Positions 11,901 to 24,519 of a stretch of DNA of 64,000 nt are shown here, in pieces. Both the position numbers and the translations under genes were made by a program. This stretch comes from Camelus ferus (taxonomy: Eukaryota). Within the stretch, counting starts at the first letter, position 1; every line of letters starts with the position of its first letter. The notes under the pieces were generated by a model. The model saw only the letters and a program-made list of their open reading frames with translations, did no database searches and was not told where the DNA came from. The DNA is taken from positions 9,674,001 through 9,738,000 of the forward strand of contig NC_045696.1 of assembly GCF_009834535.1 (NCBI RefSeq), in the 5' to 3' direction.

Positions 11901-13794
11901 GGCATCTCTGAGCCTCCCTACTGGAAAGCTCCCCCAACCAGCTATTTCCCCCAGCTTCTGCCTGTCCCTTCAAGGACATCCAGGCACTTCTGCTGGTCCA
12001 TTGCGCGCAGCCAAAGAAGACAGCTCGGGCAGGGCCAATCGCCACTTCTGCCTCTGCCCCACTGAGCTGATGTCCTCCCCCGGCTAGAGCAGGGCCAGCT
12101 TGTGAGACGTGTCCTCCCAGAGCCCCAGACTCACCCATTTTCCCAATAGTCCCCTGACCACCACTGCCTGGGGTTTTGACTGGGAAAGGCCATGTTAGGA
12201 CTAGGGTTTGCTCTCTTGCCTCCCCTGCTACAGTCAGCCTTCTACCCATCCCTCTATGGCATTTCGAAGAGGCCAAGAGCAGGATTTCTCCCAAAGATCT
12301 AAGTCTGTCTTTGATACAACAGGGAAACATGCCACTAGCCTTGGGGTTTGGGGCTGCCCAGGCCTCTCTGGGTGTTTCTGGAAGGCCCATGGGATAAAGG
12401 TATATGAGCACTATCCCTGATGCCTGACAGTCTTTTTCCTTCCAGATTCTTCTCTGCACCCAAAGTGCCAGGTGCAGGTAGGGTGTGTTCAAGCTCTTCC
12501 TCTGTATATTATATCTTTCCCCTACCCTGCAACAGGAAGCCTCAGAGTCTAGTTGTCACTGGCTGAAGTCTCTCTCTTTGGTAATTATGGAAAATTTTCA
12601 GGATGCAAGTCCTCCAGGCTGGGTTCTTGATATGTTAAGGAATTTTGAAATTCCTCCATCTCTCTCCAAAGTCTGGTTTTCAAGGCAATTGTCTTGCTGC
12701 AAAATCCTATTTGGATGTCAGAAACTTGTTTCTCTTTGGCTCCTGACATAACAGTTCTGATTCTTTCCCAACTTCCCCCCGAGGGGGAGCGGATGGCTTA
12801 ACTGTGGAGGAAGAACTGGGGAGAGGCTCTGCCCATGAAAATGCGGGGAACATTAGCAGTTTGCAAAAACAAAACACAAACAAAATCCAAGGGAAAAACC
12901 AATCTCCATCTCATAAACCTATTACTGAGGCTCGATCAAATGTTTGGCCTTAGTCTGAATCACTCCTATTCTCAGAAGAGTAACACGGATACCTCAGTGG
13001 ATGAGACTGGGCCCCCCAGGGACCCAGAGTCTGGTCGGCACTATGTCCTGCCTTCCCTACTCTTCAAACTGTCACTTGAGGGACCACAACAGTCACACGA
13101 CCCCACAACACCTGCACTTCTGACTCTGCGGGAACTCGAGGGACAAGTTGTTGCCTTCTCAGTGTCAGAAGGAGGCAGAGATGGACAGATGGAGTTGGAC
13201 TCGAGTTTTACATAGTTCCCAACTTGTGTCTGATTTCTTTTGCCAAGTGATGGGAAGCTTTCTAGACCCACTGCCACAACTCAGACACTCTGTTAAGGAG
13301 AGGAGACAACTGGATGGATTCCTTGGTGCCCTCTGTATGAAGGATGCAGTCAGAAAAAGTCAGGGAAAAGCCAAGAGAAACAGAGCCAAATGTGTGCACA
13401 AGGATCATTCTCAGTCACCAACTTCTCCAGGAGCTGCTTTAAAGGGACAGAGCTATTGTTATTTCTGAGAATGGCCTGCATTCCTCTGGCAACTTAATTT
13501 TCAAAAGACTGGCACATCCACAGTCTCCTTTCATCCCCTCAAAGCCCAGTGAAGTGGGGGCAGTGAGCACAGCCATTGCCTTTGATCAGTGTGTCAGCGT
13601 CTAGGCACAAAGCGGTTGTCTGAGACACTCAGGGTGATCTGCTCCAGATAAAGCCCCGTGCCACCTGGGGCACATTCTTTCCCTTGGTCCCAAAGGGAAG
13701 TGGGGCAGAAATCTTCATAAAGAGGCGGAGAGTTGAGCGGTGCAGCTGGACAGTTTTGAGAGAGACGCTGGGTGCTACAGATTCCTGCCAGACT

Positions 13795-13909
13795 TAACAG
13801 AAATCCTGATTCTCAACCTGGATCCGCCACTGAGTGACCATGTGACTTTGAGGATGTCACTGAATGTCTCTCAGCCTCTGTTTCTCTGCCCATGAAATAG
13901 GAATAACAG
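13795..13909 (+). mobile_element. MIR, 5' part (interrupted by an LTR)
   Basis: gccactgagtgaccatgtgactttgagg...ctctcagcctctgtttc...tgaaataggaataacag matches the MIR core. Confidence 0.7.
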
Positions 13910-14440
13910 TGTCACTGGCAAAACCCATTAACAATTCCCAGGAAATGAAAAGAGAATCTGGGTAATAAAATCAAGTCTAACCTTGTTGTTCAACCTTTGT
14001 GCTTAGTCTGGTTTCCCTTGCTCATAGGGCGCCACGTGCAGAAGCCTACCACTTCTGGCCAGAGCTCCTGGTGTGAAACGGCTGCACCGACACCTCAGCT
14101 GAGCACAGAAGTGCTGCACACGACACTGTGATTCAAGATGACAGCAGCATGCCGTGTGCAGAGACGCTGCGCCTGGCACTGTGATCTGGGGGGTGCCCAG
14201 CACGCCTGCGCCTGACCCTCAAGAACGCCACCCCCTTCCCTAATCCCCACAAAACAGCCCCGCCCACAGCCTGTTGGGGAGAGCATGCGCTCTAGAGCTC
14301 AAGCCGGCACCTCTCCACTCTTTGATCAAAGAATAAAGCTTTCCTTTGCTTCTGAACGGAACTCAGTCTTGTTCTTTCAGCTTGAATGACACGAGGCAGG
14401 AGGACCCTTTTAGGGGACTGACTTGAAAGGGATGGTAACT
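13910..14440 (+). mobile_element. Solo ERV1-like LTR inserted in a MIR
   Basis: Starts TGTCAC and ends GGTAACT (decayed TAACA). AATAAA near 14332. 4-bp flanks acag/atag. MIR sequence resumes immediately afterwards. Confidence 0.7.
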
Positions 14441-14510
14441 ATAGTAATAATAATAATATCTGCTCTATTCACCTCACAGGACGGTGGAAAGCATTAAGAA
14501 TTGGCTATAT
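14441..14510 (+). mobile_element. MIR, 3' continuation
   Basis: taataata...cacctcacaggacggtggaaagcattaa corresponds to the MIR segment TAATAGTACCTACCTCATAGGGTTGTTGTGAGGATTAA. Confidence 0.6.
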
Positions 14511-15664
14511 CTATGTACATGTATCTATGAGTGTGTCTTTATGGAGGGATATTTTATGATGCAACCAGCCTTTGGAGATGGTGCCGTGATTACTCAACAG
14601 AACTGGAATAGGACCACGCTCTTGCTTTTTCTGATTTCATTTTGGATGTCAACCCTGGAGTCTCTGTTTCCTTATCTTCAGAGAAGGGGAATAGATTGTG
14701 CGCAATCAGGAATATATAGATTTGTCATTTTATTCTTGCTCACAGATGACTGGAGGAAGGGACATGGTGCAAATATGGTAAAGGGTGGGGGCTGTTAGGG
14801 TTCTTGGTCTGTACATTAGAAGAACACTTTTTAAGGCACTTTCACATCCTTTTCTCTTTCGGTTTTCACAACCCCCAAGTAAGCACGTAAGCAGGACAAA
14901 TAATATCACCTGGTTACAGAGACTGGAGAACGGAGCTGACAAGTGGTATAACCGTGGCCACATGGTATTGAACTCAAGTCTCGTAAGTATCCCATGTTCT
15001 CTCCCCTACCCCATCACGCTACATCTGGGACTGAAACCTTCAGCACTTGAACTGAGAGATTGGAGCAACTTGAACAAAGGCATTTGTCCCCCTGAAATTC
15101 AGCAATAGTTGCCATTGATGTTCCTTGAACATCTCATACTTCCAGATTGTTGTATCAATTTACAGATCTAGGTTGAGCCCTGTTAGGGGCTCAGCTTTTT
15201 GCTGGGACTCCAAAAGGATGTTGAAGTGAAGTGGTTGATGATGTCCCAGATGTGCGAAACTTCTAGTGGAGACGAGGCAAATTCGTGAAACAGCAAAGAA
15301 TGGTTCAGACCAGAAGTGAAACTGGCATGGGGCAGGGCACAGACTAGGCGCTAAAGGAGCATGGTGAAATGACCGATGACTGAATCAAAGCGTTAAAACT
15401 TAATGAATGAAAGATGTACCTTAAGTGCTAGGTTGTGTGGTTCAGGATATAAAGATGCAGGGTTTGGATGGAAAATAAATTAAAGAAAGTGAGTATCATT
15501 AGGCAAAGTGTCATGGAGAAGGAGAGATTTAACTGGATCTTCATAGATCAGTAAAGATTTTGTTATTTCGGGAAGAAGTGAAGACATGCTAGATAAGAGG
15601 GGAAAAGAACAAAGTCCCAAACAGAGGAATATGCAAGGTATATACAAGGAATATACAAGGTACA

Positions 15665-16070
15665 GATTGCATGCTTGTCAATGTTCAACATCCCTCTCTG
15701 GGGAAAAAACCAAACCAACTCTTATTTGTAGCCTTTACCCATTTCCATGGTGTAACTTCTCCAAACATGGTTGATTTCAAAGCAGCAGCATGGCATTACT
15801 GAATGTGGAGTTGGGAAGGGCTCTGCATTAGTTCACCATCACATAGTGTTTCCACCATACAACACACAGAAATAGTCCAAGAGCACAGATAACAGTGGAA
15901 TAATTAGGAAGTTATGAGTTTTAAGTATTTATTCACTTTTTGACATAATTTGCTTAAGTTTATATAATTACTTTTCAGTAATGGCTGTGTTAAGCAACTG
16001 GCTCAAAAACTTCCTGAAAATTCAGCATCAGCTCTCGAGAGCCAGGACAAAACCGTGTTGGCACACTATT
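15665..16070 (+). mobile_element. MER63-like hAT-Blackjack DNA element
   Basis: atttgtagcctttacccatttccatggtgtaa...gatttcaaagc...actgaatgtggagttgggaag. Homologous by eye to 19562-19967. Confidence 0.75.
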
Positions 16071-16777
16071 GCCTGTACATAAAGCAAAGAACCCTGTCCC
16101 ATGGAAATGGTTCATGTTGGAGGTTGGAGGGAAAGAGAATTCACTTCTTGGATCCAGGTTAAAATGACAAAAGGAAAGACATGGACCTGATCCAGACTGA
16201 ATGGAGTAGGACACAGGGAGGCACTGAGGGTCCTCAAGCAAGGAAGCAGCTGCCCCGATGTCTGAGGACGTCTGAGGGGGATGGACAGTACAGAGGGACG
16301 TGGTGAAGAGACAGGGGTGGGAGGTGGGGGCTCAGCTCAAAGGCTGTGGGGGAAGGGGAGCTGGAAGTAAGCATGGCAAATGGAACCGAGATGGGGAGAC
16401 TAATGTGAGAGACATTTTAAGTAAATTCAAGCATAACTTGGTGCCCAGATTTGGGGATAAGGAGGCTGGACAGTCAAAGATGCATGAGGTGGGTCTGGGT
16501 GACCCAGAGGGGAGTTAAAGCTCGGAGAACTAGCTGAGCTGAGCACACTGGGAAGGAAGGTGAGTTCTTGAATCTGCCAGACAGGAGGCAATGGCCAGGA
16601 AGGCAAAGCAATGGAAACGTCCTGTGGACAACTGTGAGGAGATGTGGGACTGGAGCCTGAGGGAGAGGGATGTGCTAGAAAATGCTGATTTAAGAGTCTC
16701 AGTTCAGAGGTAGCAGAAGCAGCTCAGGAAGGTTGAGCCCTCTGGGGGAATACACACTGAAACGAAGGCCCGAGTGT

Positions 16778-16792
16778 TGCCACCTGCTGGCA
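16778..16792 (-). promoter_or_regulatory. Candidate CTCF motif
   Basis: The reverse strand reads TGCCAGCAGGTGGCA, matching the CTCF core CCASYAGRKGGCR. Motif only, no binding data. Confidence 0.4.
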
Positions 16793-17226
16793 CTAGGGTG
16801 ATGGGGGATGGAAGAACAGCTATAGAAGATTCCAGATAAAAAGTCCGAGGAGAGCAGGAGAACCAGAGAAAGAGGTCAGAGATACCAAGATGGGGCAGTT
16901 TCCAAAAGGGAAGGATGTATCAAATGCAGTCTTAGCTTATTACCTTAGCTTACTCGACAGCCCTTAGACTCAGTAAAATAAGCTTTCAGAAAGAAAGAGA
17001 AAGAGTAATGGAATTTAATTCTATCTCATGGAGAGAAATAAATTCCTCTATTTCAGGCAGAAGCTCTTGTCATGGCTGGGGTCATCTGGAACCGGCCTCA
17101 GTAGTGCAGCCCACTTTGCCTTTGTAGACACGGGCCATTTGTTTCAAAGATGGAGGTTCCCGGACAGGCAGTAGAAGTGTGTGTCAGGAAGTCTCAGAGT
17201 GCTAAACAAGCTCTAAAAGTAACGGA

Positions 17227-17432
17227 GGAGGGGAAAAGCTGGGGTGGAGGGATAAATTGGGAGTTCAGGATTTGTAGATACTAACTACTATACGGAAAAT
17301 AAACAACAGGGTCCTACTATATAGCACAGGGAACTATGTTCAGTATCTTGAATCACTATGCTCTACACCAGAAATTAACACAGCAATGTAAACTGACTAT
17401 GCTTCAATAGAAGATGATACTCAAAATCAAAT
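17227..17432 (+). mobile_element. Short L1 3'UTR fragment (camelid-like) with internal deletion
   Basis: gggataaattgggagttcaggatttgtagatactaactacta...actgactatgcttcaat. TSD-like flanks aaaagtaacgga (17215-17226) / aaaaataatgga (17433-17444). Confidence 0.9.
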
Positions 17433-19561
17433 AAAAATAATGGATAACTTCTCAGTGATGACAGAGCTGAGATTACAGAAGTTAAAACTTGAATAAGCAG
17501 CTAGAGAGATGAACCCAACATGGGCAGCCTTCTCTAAGGGAGATGAAGTTGCAGTTTGTGCAAAGGAATGCACTGTATATGTGCACTCTTTGTAATGGAT
17601 GCCAGCGGTATCGACGTACAGCCTTTAGGGACCACTGTATAAATATTGAGCACTCTTAAAAATGCAAAAGCCGATTCAATAGCATTTTCATTGCTCTTAT
17701 TTTGGATTATGGCTACTGGGAGAGAAAACAGATCTCAAGCCAAGTAGAGAGAAAGACAATCTCCCACATATTGTGTTTCATTTAACAGCAATAACAAAAA
17801 CAAAGGTTACAGGTTTATTTCCAAAACTTAGTAATTCTGGCGATTCTTTTTGCTTCATAAAGAGCTGAAATTAATAGCAAGAATATTTACATTCTCATTT
17901 TGTGTTCCAATGCATTTCATGATTTTCCCTTTGGTGTCGTCTTATTTGTTCTCTCTTTTTGTCTCTAACCCTCTAAAAGGGCAACTCATGTCCCTACGTC
18001 ATTTTTTTTTTCATTTTTTACCTGAATGATACAATTTTTCTTAGTTTCTTAATTCTTTGTGATGCATATTAAAACCTCCCCCCTAGTACTGCACCAGGCT
18101 TTAATTAGGGGAAGATTATTTCCTGAGTCCATCCCCTTAGCTACATGGGCTTGTACTGCACTCAGAACAACAGGAGGAATGACTAAAAATGACAAAATTG
18201 GCTGTTGGCAAGGCTTTGGGGAAGCAGGCACACTAAACTTCGCTGGTGGCACCATAAACTGAAAAACAAATAGTCTTAAAGAGCAATTTTGCAATATGTG
18301 ACAAGTCGTAAAAATGATTCTCCTCTCTGACCTGGTAAAGCCTCTTGGGGAAAAATGTCCCCAGGAATAATTCCAAGGAAACAAACATATTTGTAAAAAG
18401 ATGTTTCTGGTCCTTCGGTATATTAAAATGAATCATTGGAAACAGCCCAAGTCCCCAGCTATGAGGAAATGGTTTAGGCAGACTGTGCTCTATTAATATA
18501 ATGGAATATTAAATGGCCACTAGGAAGGACAATTATAGAGATGATTGTGAAATCTGGGAAGTATCATGCAAAAGCAATCTAAGTGGAAAAAGTAGAAAAT
18601 GGATCCGTGCACAAGAGTAAAATGCAAAATCGTATGATGTAAATAACTAGCGATACAGAAGCTCAGTTCTTGGGGTTCCTTAGATTTTATGTCACCTCGA
18701 GCCTGTTTGATCTCATCGTTTACTAAATTCTACAGCTCTTAACTGGGAGGTGGCATACTCCCCTCAAGAGGGGAGTGGTAATGTCAGAAGATGGAGGAAA
18801 GGAGGAGGCATATATAGTTTAAAAACAATGCAGTATTTTGTTCTATTGTTTTCTTGTGTGTGTGTATATACACACATATACATACATGTACACCTACATC
18901 TAGAGAGAGAGAGGAATTATGCTTAATTTGAATCTCAAAAATATTTTTAAAGAATATGAGCTTTGTATGTTTATCAAAAATCAAAAGCAGGGCTTAAAAA
19001 TGTTGAGAAATGCAAGTTCCCTCTTGCAATTTGTTCTAGGTATTTACCTGACCTATTTAATGATGGTGTTTGAATTGGATCTCCAGATCCAATTTAAATG
19101 TTGTCCATGTTGAAGCGATCTAGCCACCCACGGCTCTCCTGAGGGGCAACTATCACACAACATAATTGCCTGTCCAGCAGTTTGCCCCGGAAGAGAGTTT
19201 ATATGAGACAAACAGGCTGATGGTCTGTCGCACTGAAGTGGCACTATGACAACACACTCAAGGCAAATTTTAAAACACTCAAAGGCGAATTCTATAAAGG
19301 AAGGAGCCTAATTGGAGGACCAAATAGTGTCTTTGAGTGTATGGCTGAAAAAGGCTCCTTGTTTTGTTACACATTTAAATGGAACTTCTGCCATATCAGT
19401 GGACAATGGGCTCTTCCAATACCCAGGCTCTGGAACTCAATCCATCACTCTTAATCAGAGTTCCATCTGTCTCCAGCATCTCCACTGCCATCTCCGGTGA
19501 CTTCTTGCTCCCACTGTCCCCAATCTAAATGAAACTCTAGACCCTTCCTTCTCCCTTCAAG

Positions 19562-19967
19562 CAGTGGTGTGCCAGTAAATGTGTAGCAACCAGCTCTCTA
19601 GTTGGAGAGAAGAGCCTTCATTTACAGCCTTTGCCGATTGCCGTGGTGTATTCAAGCTACCAGCGTGGCATCACTGAATGAAGTGCTGGGAAGAGATGAA
19701 CACTAGCACACTATTACCATTAATGGTATTTGGTTTAAGTGACCAAATACATACAACAGACATAAGTAACCTCAAGAGCATTGATAGTAATAAAATGTAA
19801 TAAGATAATTGGGAAGTGAAGAGTTTTGAAGATTTATCATCTTTGTTTTTAAGAAAATCTATTTTATTGCAATTTTACAATATTTAATCTTTAAATTTTA
19901 ATAATAGCTCACTAAATTCCCCCAAAGTTAACACCTAGCTCTTGCAAGCCAGCTCCAGCACACCAAT
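19562..19967 (+). mobile_element. MER63-like hAT-Blackjack DNA element
   Basis: Terminal inverted-repeat remnants cagtggtgtgccag...ccagcacaccaat. Internal tttgccgattgccgtggtgta and tcaagctacca. Confidence 0.8.
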
Positions 19968-20431
19968 CTAGCCCGCCAGGGCATCTGTCCATTGACATTT
20001 GGACCATGAAACTACGGTGCCATATGTAAGGTTTCACTGCCCTCCTTGAAGCTTTCTCCTATCATGGCTCTAGAACAACACACTGTTACAGTTTTCCTTT
20101 GACAATTCTGGCACACCTTGTCTTGGTTCCTTCTCTTTCCCCCACCCTCTTTGAGTATTAATAAGCCCTGGGTTTTCCTTTTTAATCTGTGTTCTTCTTA
20201 CCTTCCTGGAGTGATCTCACTTAATCACCAGCATGTTAAGGACCCCACAAAGATGCCAGCATTTGAGCCCCAAATTCTGACTTTTCTCCTAGGTTCAAGA
20301 GGGCCCTGGAGCATTTCCACATTGCTCCTGACCTCGGTGCCTTCTTTCCTATCTCTTCATCCAAACTTGCTATTTTTCATGCCTTCCTCATCTGGGACTA
20401 AGGATATTCCAACTCATTCATTAATGCATTT

Positions 20432-20625
20432 GCAAATATTGGTTGAGTGTTTAATACAGGCCAGGCACAGTTTCAGGCTGTGGAAGTACGACAGAGTACA
20501 AAACTGGCAGAGTCCTCCAGGAGCTCACTTTCTGTAGAGTGACACAGACAGTCCACAAAACAAGCGAACAAAAACTAGATATATTTCTTAGTGTCAGACA
20601 GTAATGAATGTGATGAAGGGCAAGG
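20432..20625 (-). mobile_element. LINE-2 3' fragment
   Basis: caaatattggttgagtg...ccaggcacagtttcaggc...ggagctcactttct. Confidence 0.6.
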
Positions 20626-20982
20626 CGTCTTAAAGTATCCTCCATTCCTTTCTCTTTTACTCCCCACATCCAGTTGGATACCAAGATCCAACCATTGACT
20701 GGCTAAATATCCCCAGAATGGAAATGTCCCTTCTCTCCAAACTGGCCTTAATTTGGTCATTATTACCTGTGACTTCCACAGTCTGGGACCTGGCTTCCCT
20801 GCTCCAGGTTCTTGCCTGATCTATGCTTCACACTTTTCTGGAGCTTTCCAAAACGCTACTCTCATCACCCTCTCCTCTCGTTAAATACCTGGGGTTACTT
20901 GAATAACAGTAGGATATGTTCCTTTGCTTGCTAAATAAGGAAACTCATTTTGTTAGTTATCTACCTTGCGTAAAGTGCTCAG

Positions 20983-20984
<2 letters not shown>

Positions 20985-21017
<33 letters not shown>

Positions 21018-21024
21018 ACACACA
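20985..21024. repeat. (CA)n microsatellite
   Basis: Directly visible CA run with one TA interruption. Confidence 0.97.
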
Positions 21025-21394
21025 GTGTATTTAACTCTGACAGTTACAGAAAGGATTTTATTATCCTCCCAACAGCTTGGTGAATTCCCATTGTTTGTCA
21101 GTTTGCACCAGACGCTTTCACCGTCTGGCCCAACATTTCCCAGTGACTTCTCCTTCCCTGTCCCTCCCCCACCACATCTGAAAGCTGGCCTCACGGCCCT
21201 ACTTTCCCATTTGAAGTTAGCTTCACACAGCTGAGCCTGTGCTGGCAGGGATGTGTTTGCTTTATCTTCTCTCCTTGGTGAGACACTACAGTCAGACACT
21301 TCCTGCTTAAGGAAGGCTTCCCCCTCGGACCCTCACCGCCATCCTTTGCCCCTGGAAATCCTTCCCTTCTTAGCATTTCCACAGTGCTTTGTTC

Positions 21395-21750
21395 ATGAGA
21401 CATTTTGCTGAGCACCTGCTATGTTCTAGGCATGGGGGATAGAAGATCTGTGTCCCTGCCTTCATGGGGTTGGCATTCTAGAGGGAGGAAATAGAGCACA
21501 AACACATAAATAATTTCAAGTAGCAATGCATGCTGCAAGATGCAGGGGTAATGAGGAGGACTGGGACTTCTAGGCTTGGTCAGGGAGGGACAGCCACAGC
21601 ACTTAGCATCACGTGTTAGATTTGGTGTCTGAGTCTCCTTTCATCTCAGTGAGGGAAGGGATCATGTCGACTGTGTCTTATTTCTCTTTGTCCCATGTCC
21701 CCTAGCATATATGCAGTGAGTGTTTATTGAATAAATCAATAAACAAATGG
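21395..21750. mobile_element. Two LINE-2 3' fragments in opposite orientation
   Basis: ttgctgagcacctgctatgttctaggca (minus strand) and gagggaagggatcatgtc...cctagca...ttattgaataaat (plus strand). Confidence 0.65.
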
Positions 21751-22209
21751 GCTTTCATATTCCAAAAATTCTTCTGATGGCTTCATAGAAAATCCTGGTG
21801 ACACAGTAACACACCTCCATTACAGGCTCTTCCCAGCAAAGCAGCTCATATGGCTCCCATTTTCCCCCATGATTATTGTACCACACCCAGCCATCTGACA
21901 GGGAGAATAAAACTGCATCAGACATTCCCATTTTGAAAGTACAGGATTATTTCTGGCTTGGAAACCGTTCAGTCCCAGGAATATCGATGCTAAGCATTCG
22001 TTCTAAAGTTAACCTATTTCTCCACCTGTACCGTTCATGAATCTACCCACTTGACCTCACAGGAAAGGGAAGTAGCTGGGTGGCCCCCACAGCTGCAAGA
22101 CACAGTCAGCCAGTAGCTTTCTTTTAGGAAAATGCCCAGGGCAACACCACAAGGCGAGAATCCTGAGACATCACATGTGTCCCTCACAGAACACATGCAG
22201 CAGATAGAT

Positions 22210-22233
22210 GGGGCGGGGGGGGGGGGGGGGAGG
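22210..22233 (+). repeat. Poly-G tract (G16 core at 22215-22230)
   Basis: ggggcggggggggggggggggagg directly visible. Confidence 0.95.
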
Positions 22234-23167
22234 CACTGAGAATTTTCATCCTTCTGCCTTGAAAGTAGAATGCTAACTTTGGCAGATCATTGGTGTGATC
22301 ACATTTCACATTATTTGGGGCTCTCTGATTAACACTGCTTTTCGTTTGGGTGGGAAAATAGCACATATCCTTTGATCATGAGCACAAGTACACGAAGCAC
22401 AAGAGGAAATATTATTCCAGGTGGTTTAAACCCCGGTAACTTATCTCTTACATGCTTGCTCTCAATGAATTCAGATTTGCTGGGGGGGGGTGTATTCTAT
22501 TATTTATGTAGCCTACTACATAATTTTAGGCAATTTAGAAAATCACTTGAAATATAACAAGATTGTATGACTTAAAAAGGGGATAAAAATTTTGCATATG
22601 ATTTTTACTTGAAATGACATTGACTTATTGTACCAGATCTTTCTCACTGAGATTTGCTAAAACGTAATTAAATCCTTCTGTATAGGAACTTAAGACTCCA
22701 AAGGAAATAATGGTGCTAACAAAAGCCCAAGGTAATATCTCTGGGAATGAGGGGATTATGTTCCTCATTTCAGGCACATTTTTGCACAGTAGGTGAAACA
22801 GAATCATCTTCTGTGTGGTGAGCAGTTGTGAAGTTCCAAATGCTTTAGTTTCGCCATCTGAGTGTCAAGACCTCCCAATTCATGGACTTGCACAGCCTAG
22901 GGTGTCTCTAGGTATTCTTGTGATGGGCAAAGAAGGTGGGGCAGACAACCAAGAGGTGAAAAGATTCTCTAAAAAAGAAAATGTCTATTTTTTTAAATTT
23001 CACATTGACTTGTAGGAGGATAGGGGGATGTAGGAGATGAGGAATAATTAGAAAAGAAGAGAAATATTAGAAGAAATCACAACTTAAAACACTGCATATT
23101 ATAAAAGCAAAATGTGAAAAACCATGGATCTGTGGAGATGGCAGATTGGGAAGGGAGGATACAAGGT

Positions 23168-23272
23168 AGGAGTTAAGAGTTTGGGTCTGGCCCAGACTGG
23201 CCTGGATTCTTGCATTGGCTCTGCTGTTTACTAGCTGTATGACCTTGGGCAAGGTCACTCAGCTCTTTGGAT
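23168..23272 (+). mobile_element. MIR fragment
   Basis: gttaagagtttgggtctggcccagactggcctgg...ttactagctgtatgaccttgggcaag. Confidence 0.85.
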
Positions 23273-24519
23273 CCAAGTGTACTGGGTGCTTATTATTCTT
23301 AGCTCCCTTCTTGAAGTCAAAAAGTCAAACTAGAAGACCTCTTGAGAAAATTCCCTTTCAGTTTTCAGGAGCACAGTGTAATGAAGAGATGCTCGAAAAG
23401 CTGGTGGAGAGGCACTGCCCTGCTGGGTGCAGGCCTGGGAGAAGTTCACTTTTGTTTTTCTAGTCGGGGTCTTAGGTGGATTAAGTCCAGCATTTGGCCT
23501 CCAGGGACCTACCTAGCTTCTCCTTAAGCATGTCAAGTCTTTACCCTAAACAGCCCATTACTGAAAATGTTAGTGATAAAAGACTTTGTAGAACTTTTTG
23601 GATTATCTGCTTTTCACTCCCTAGCAGTTTGCAAACTCCCCACCCTAAATCTGGGGCATTATATTTGTTCTTGTGAAAAACAAGGGAATAGGGTCTTAAA
23701 ATGTGAACTTTCTGATGCCCTTTGATATGTGCCAGCTGTGTTGGAGCAAAAAGCCCTCATCAATCTTTGCCTTTTGTCCCTAATTTTCTATAAATTACTA
23801 TTTTCAGACTTACTGGTAAAGGTTCCTTCACATACAAACTCTAGACCCACATGAAAAGTTGAAAACAGTAATTAAATACATTACAACTAAGAACAATTGA
23901 GCTCATTTTATTTTATCTCCTAGAAAAGGAGTCTAGAATACCTTAATTCCAACAGTCAGCTTGAGACAAAGGAGGGTCCACGGAGGAAGGCCAACATCAC
24001 ATTCACCCTGAGGTCTCCAGAAACCCAGGGAAGACAGGAGACAAGAGCAGACGTGCAGCTCCTTAGAGGGTGTGGTTGGGGCTGCCCCGGTAGAGTGCCT
24101 GGAACCACAAACATGTAGACATTAATGGATTAACCAGAGGACTTAGAACAGGACACAGTGTGGGGACCAGAGAATGGCCAACACACACATCTTCTGTGGA
24201 CTTCCTCTCCATGGGGCTCTGGGCTCAGCTCTCTGAGACTAGAGGCTATAAGGCAAAGACCAAGTTGAGGATGGTACCTTGGTCCGTCGGCCACTCTTCC
24301 CCCACCTGCCTCCCGTCCATGACCTTTACATGCTCACTCACCAGATTATAAACTCAATAACTATGGATTTCCACTTTATTTAACAATGCTTTGAATGGAT
24401 CTTGAGATTTTTCAGGTCTTTTTGTTTCTCCCTATTTAGAGTGAGCAAGCAGAGGCTCAGTAGGTTTTTGCTGATGAAGGTGCTAATGAACTCTTTGAAG
24501 GCAGTATTTATGGACTCAG

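Noticed and set aside
7907..12492. Longest ORFs in the track (176, 198, 174, 180 and 214 aa)
   Set aside because: They overlap on both strands in GC-rich sequence, are rich in Pro/Gly/Ser/Arg and show no recognisable domain. This is what stop-codon-poor DNA produces by chance.
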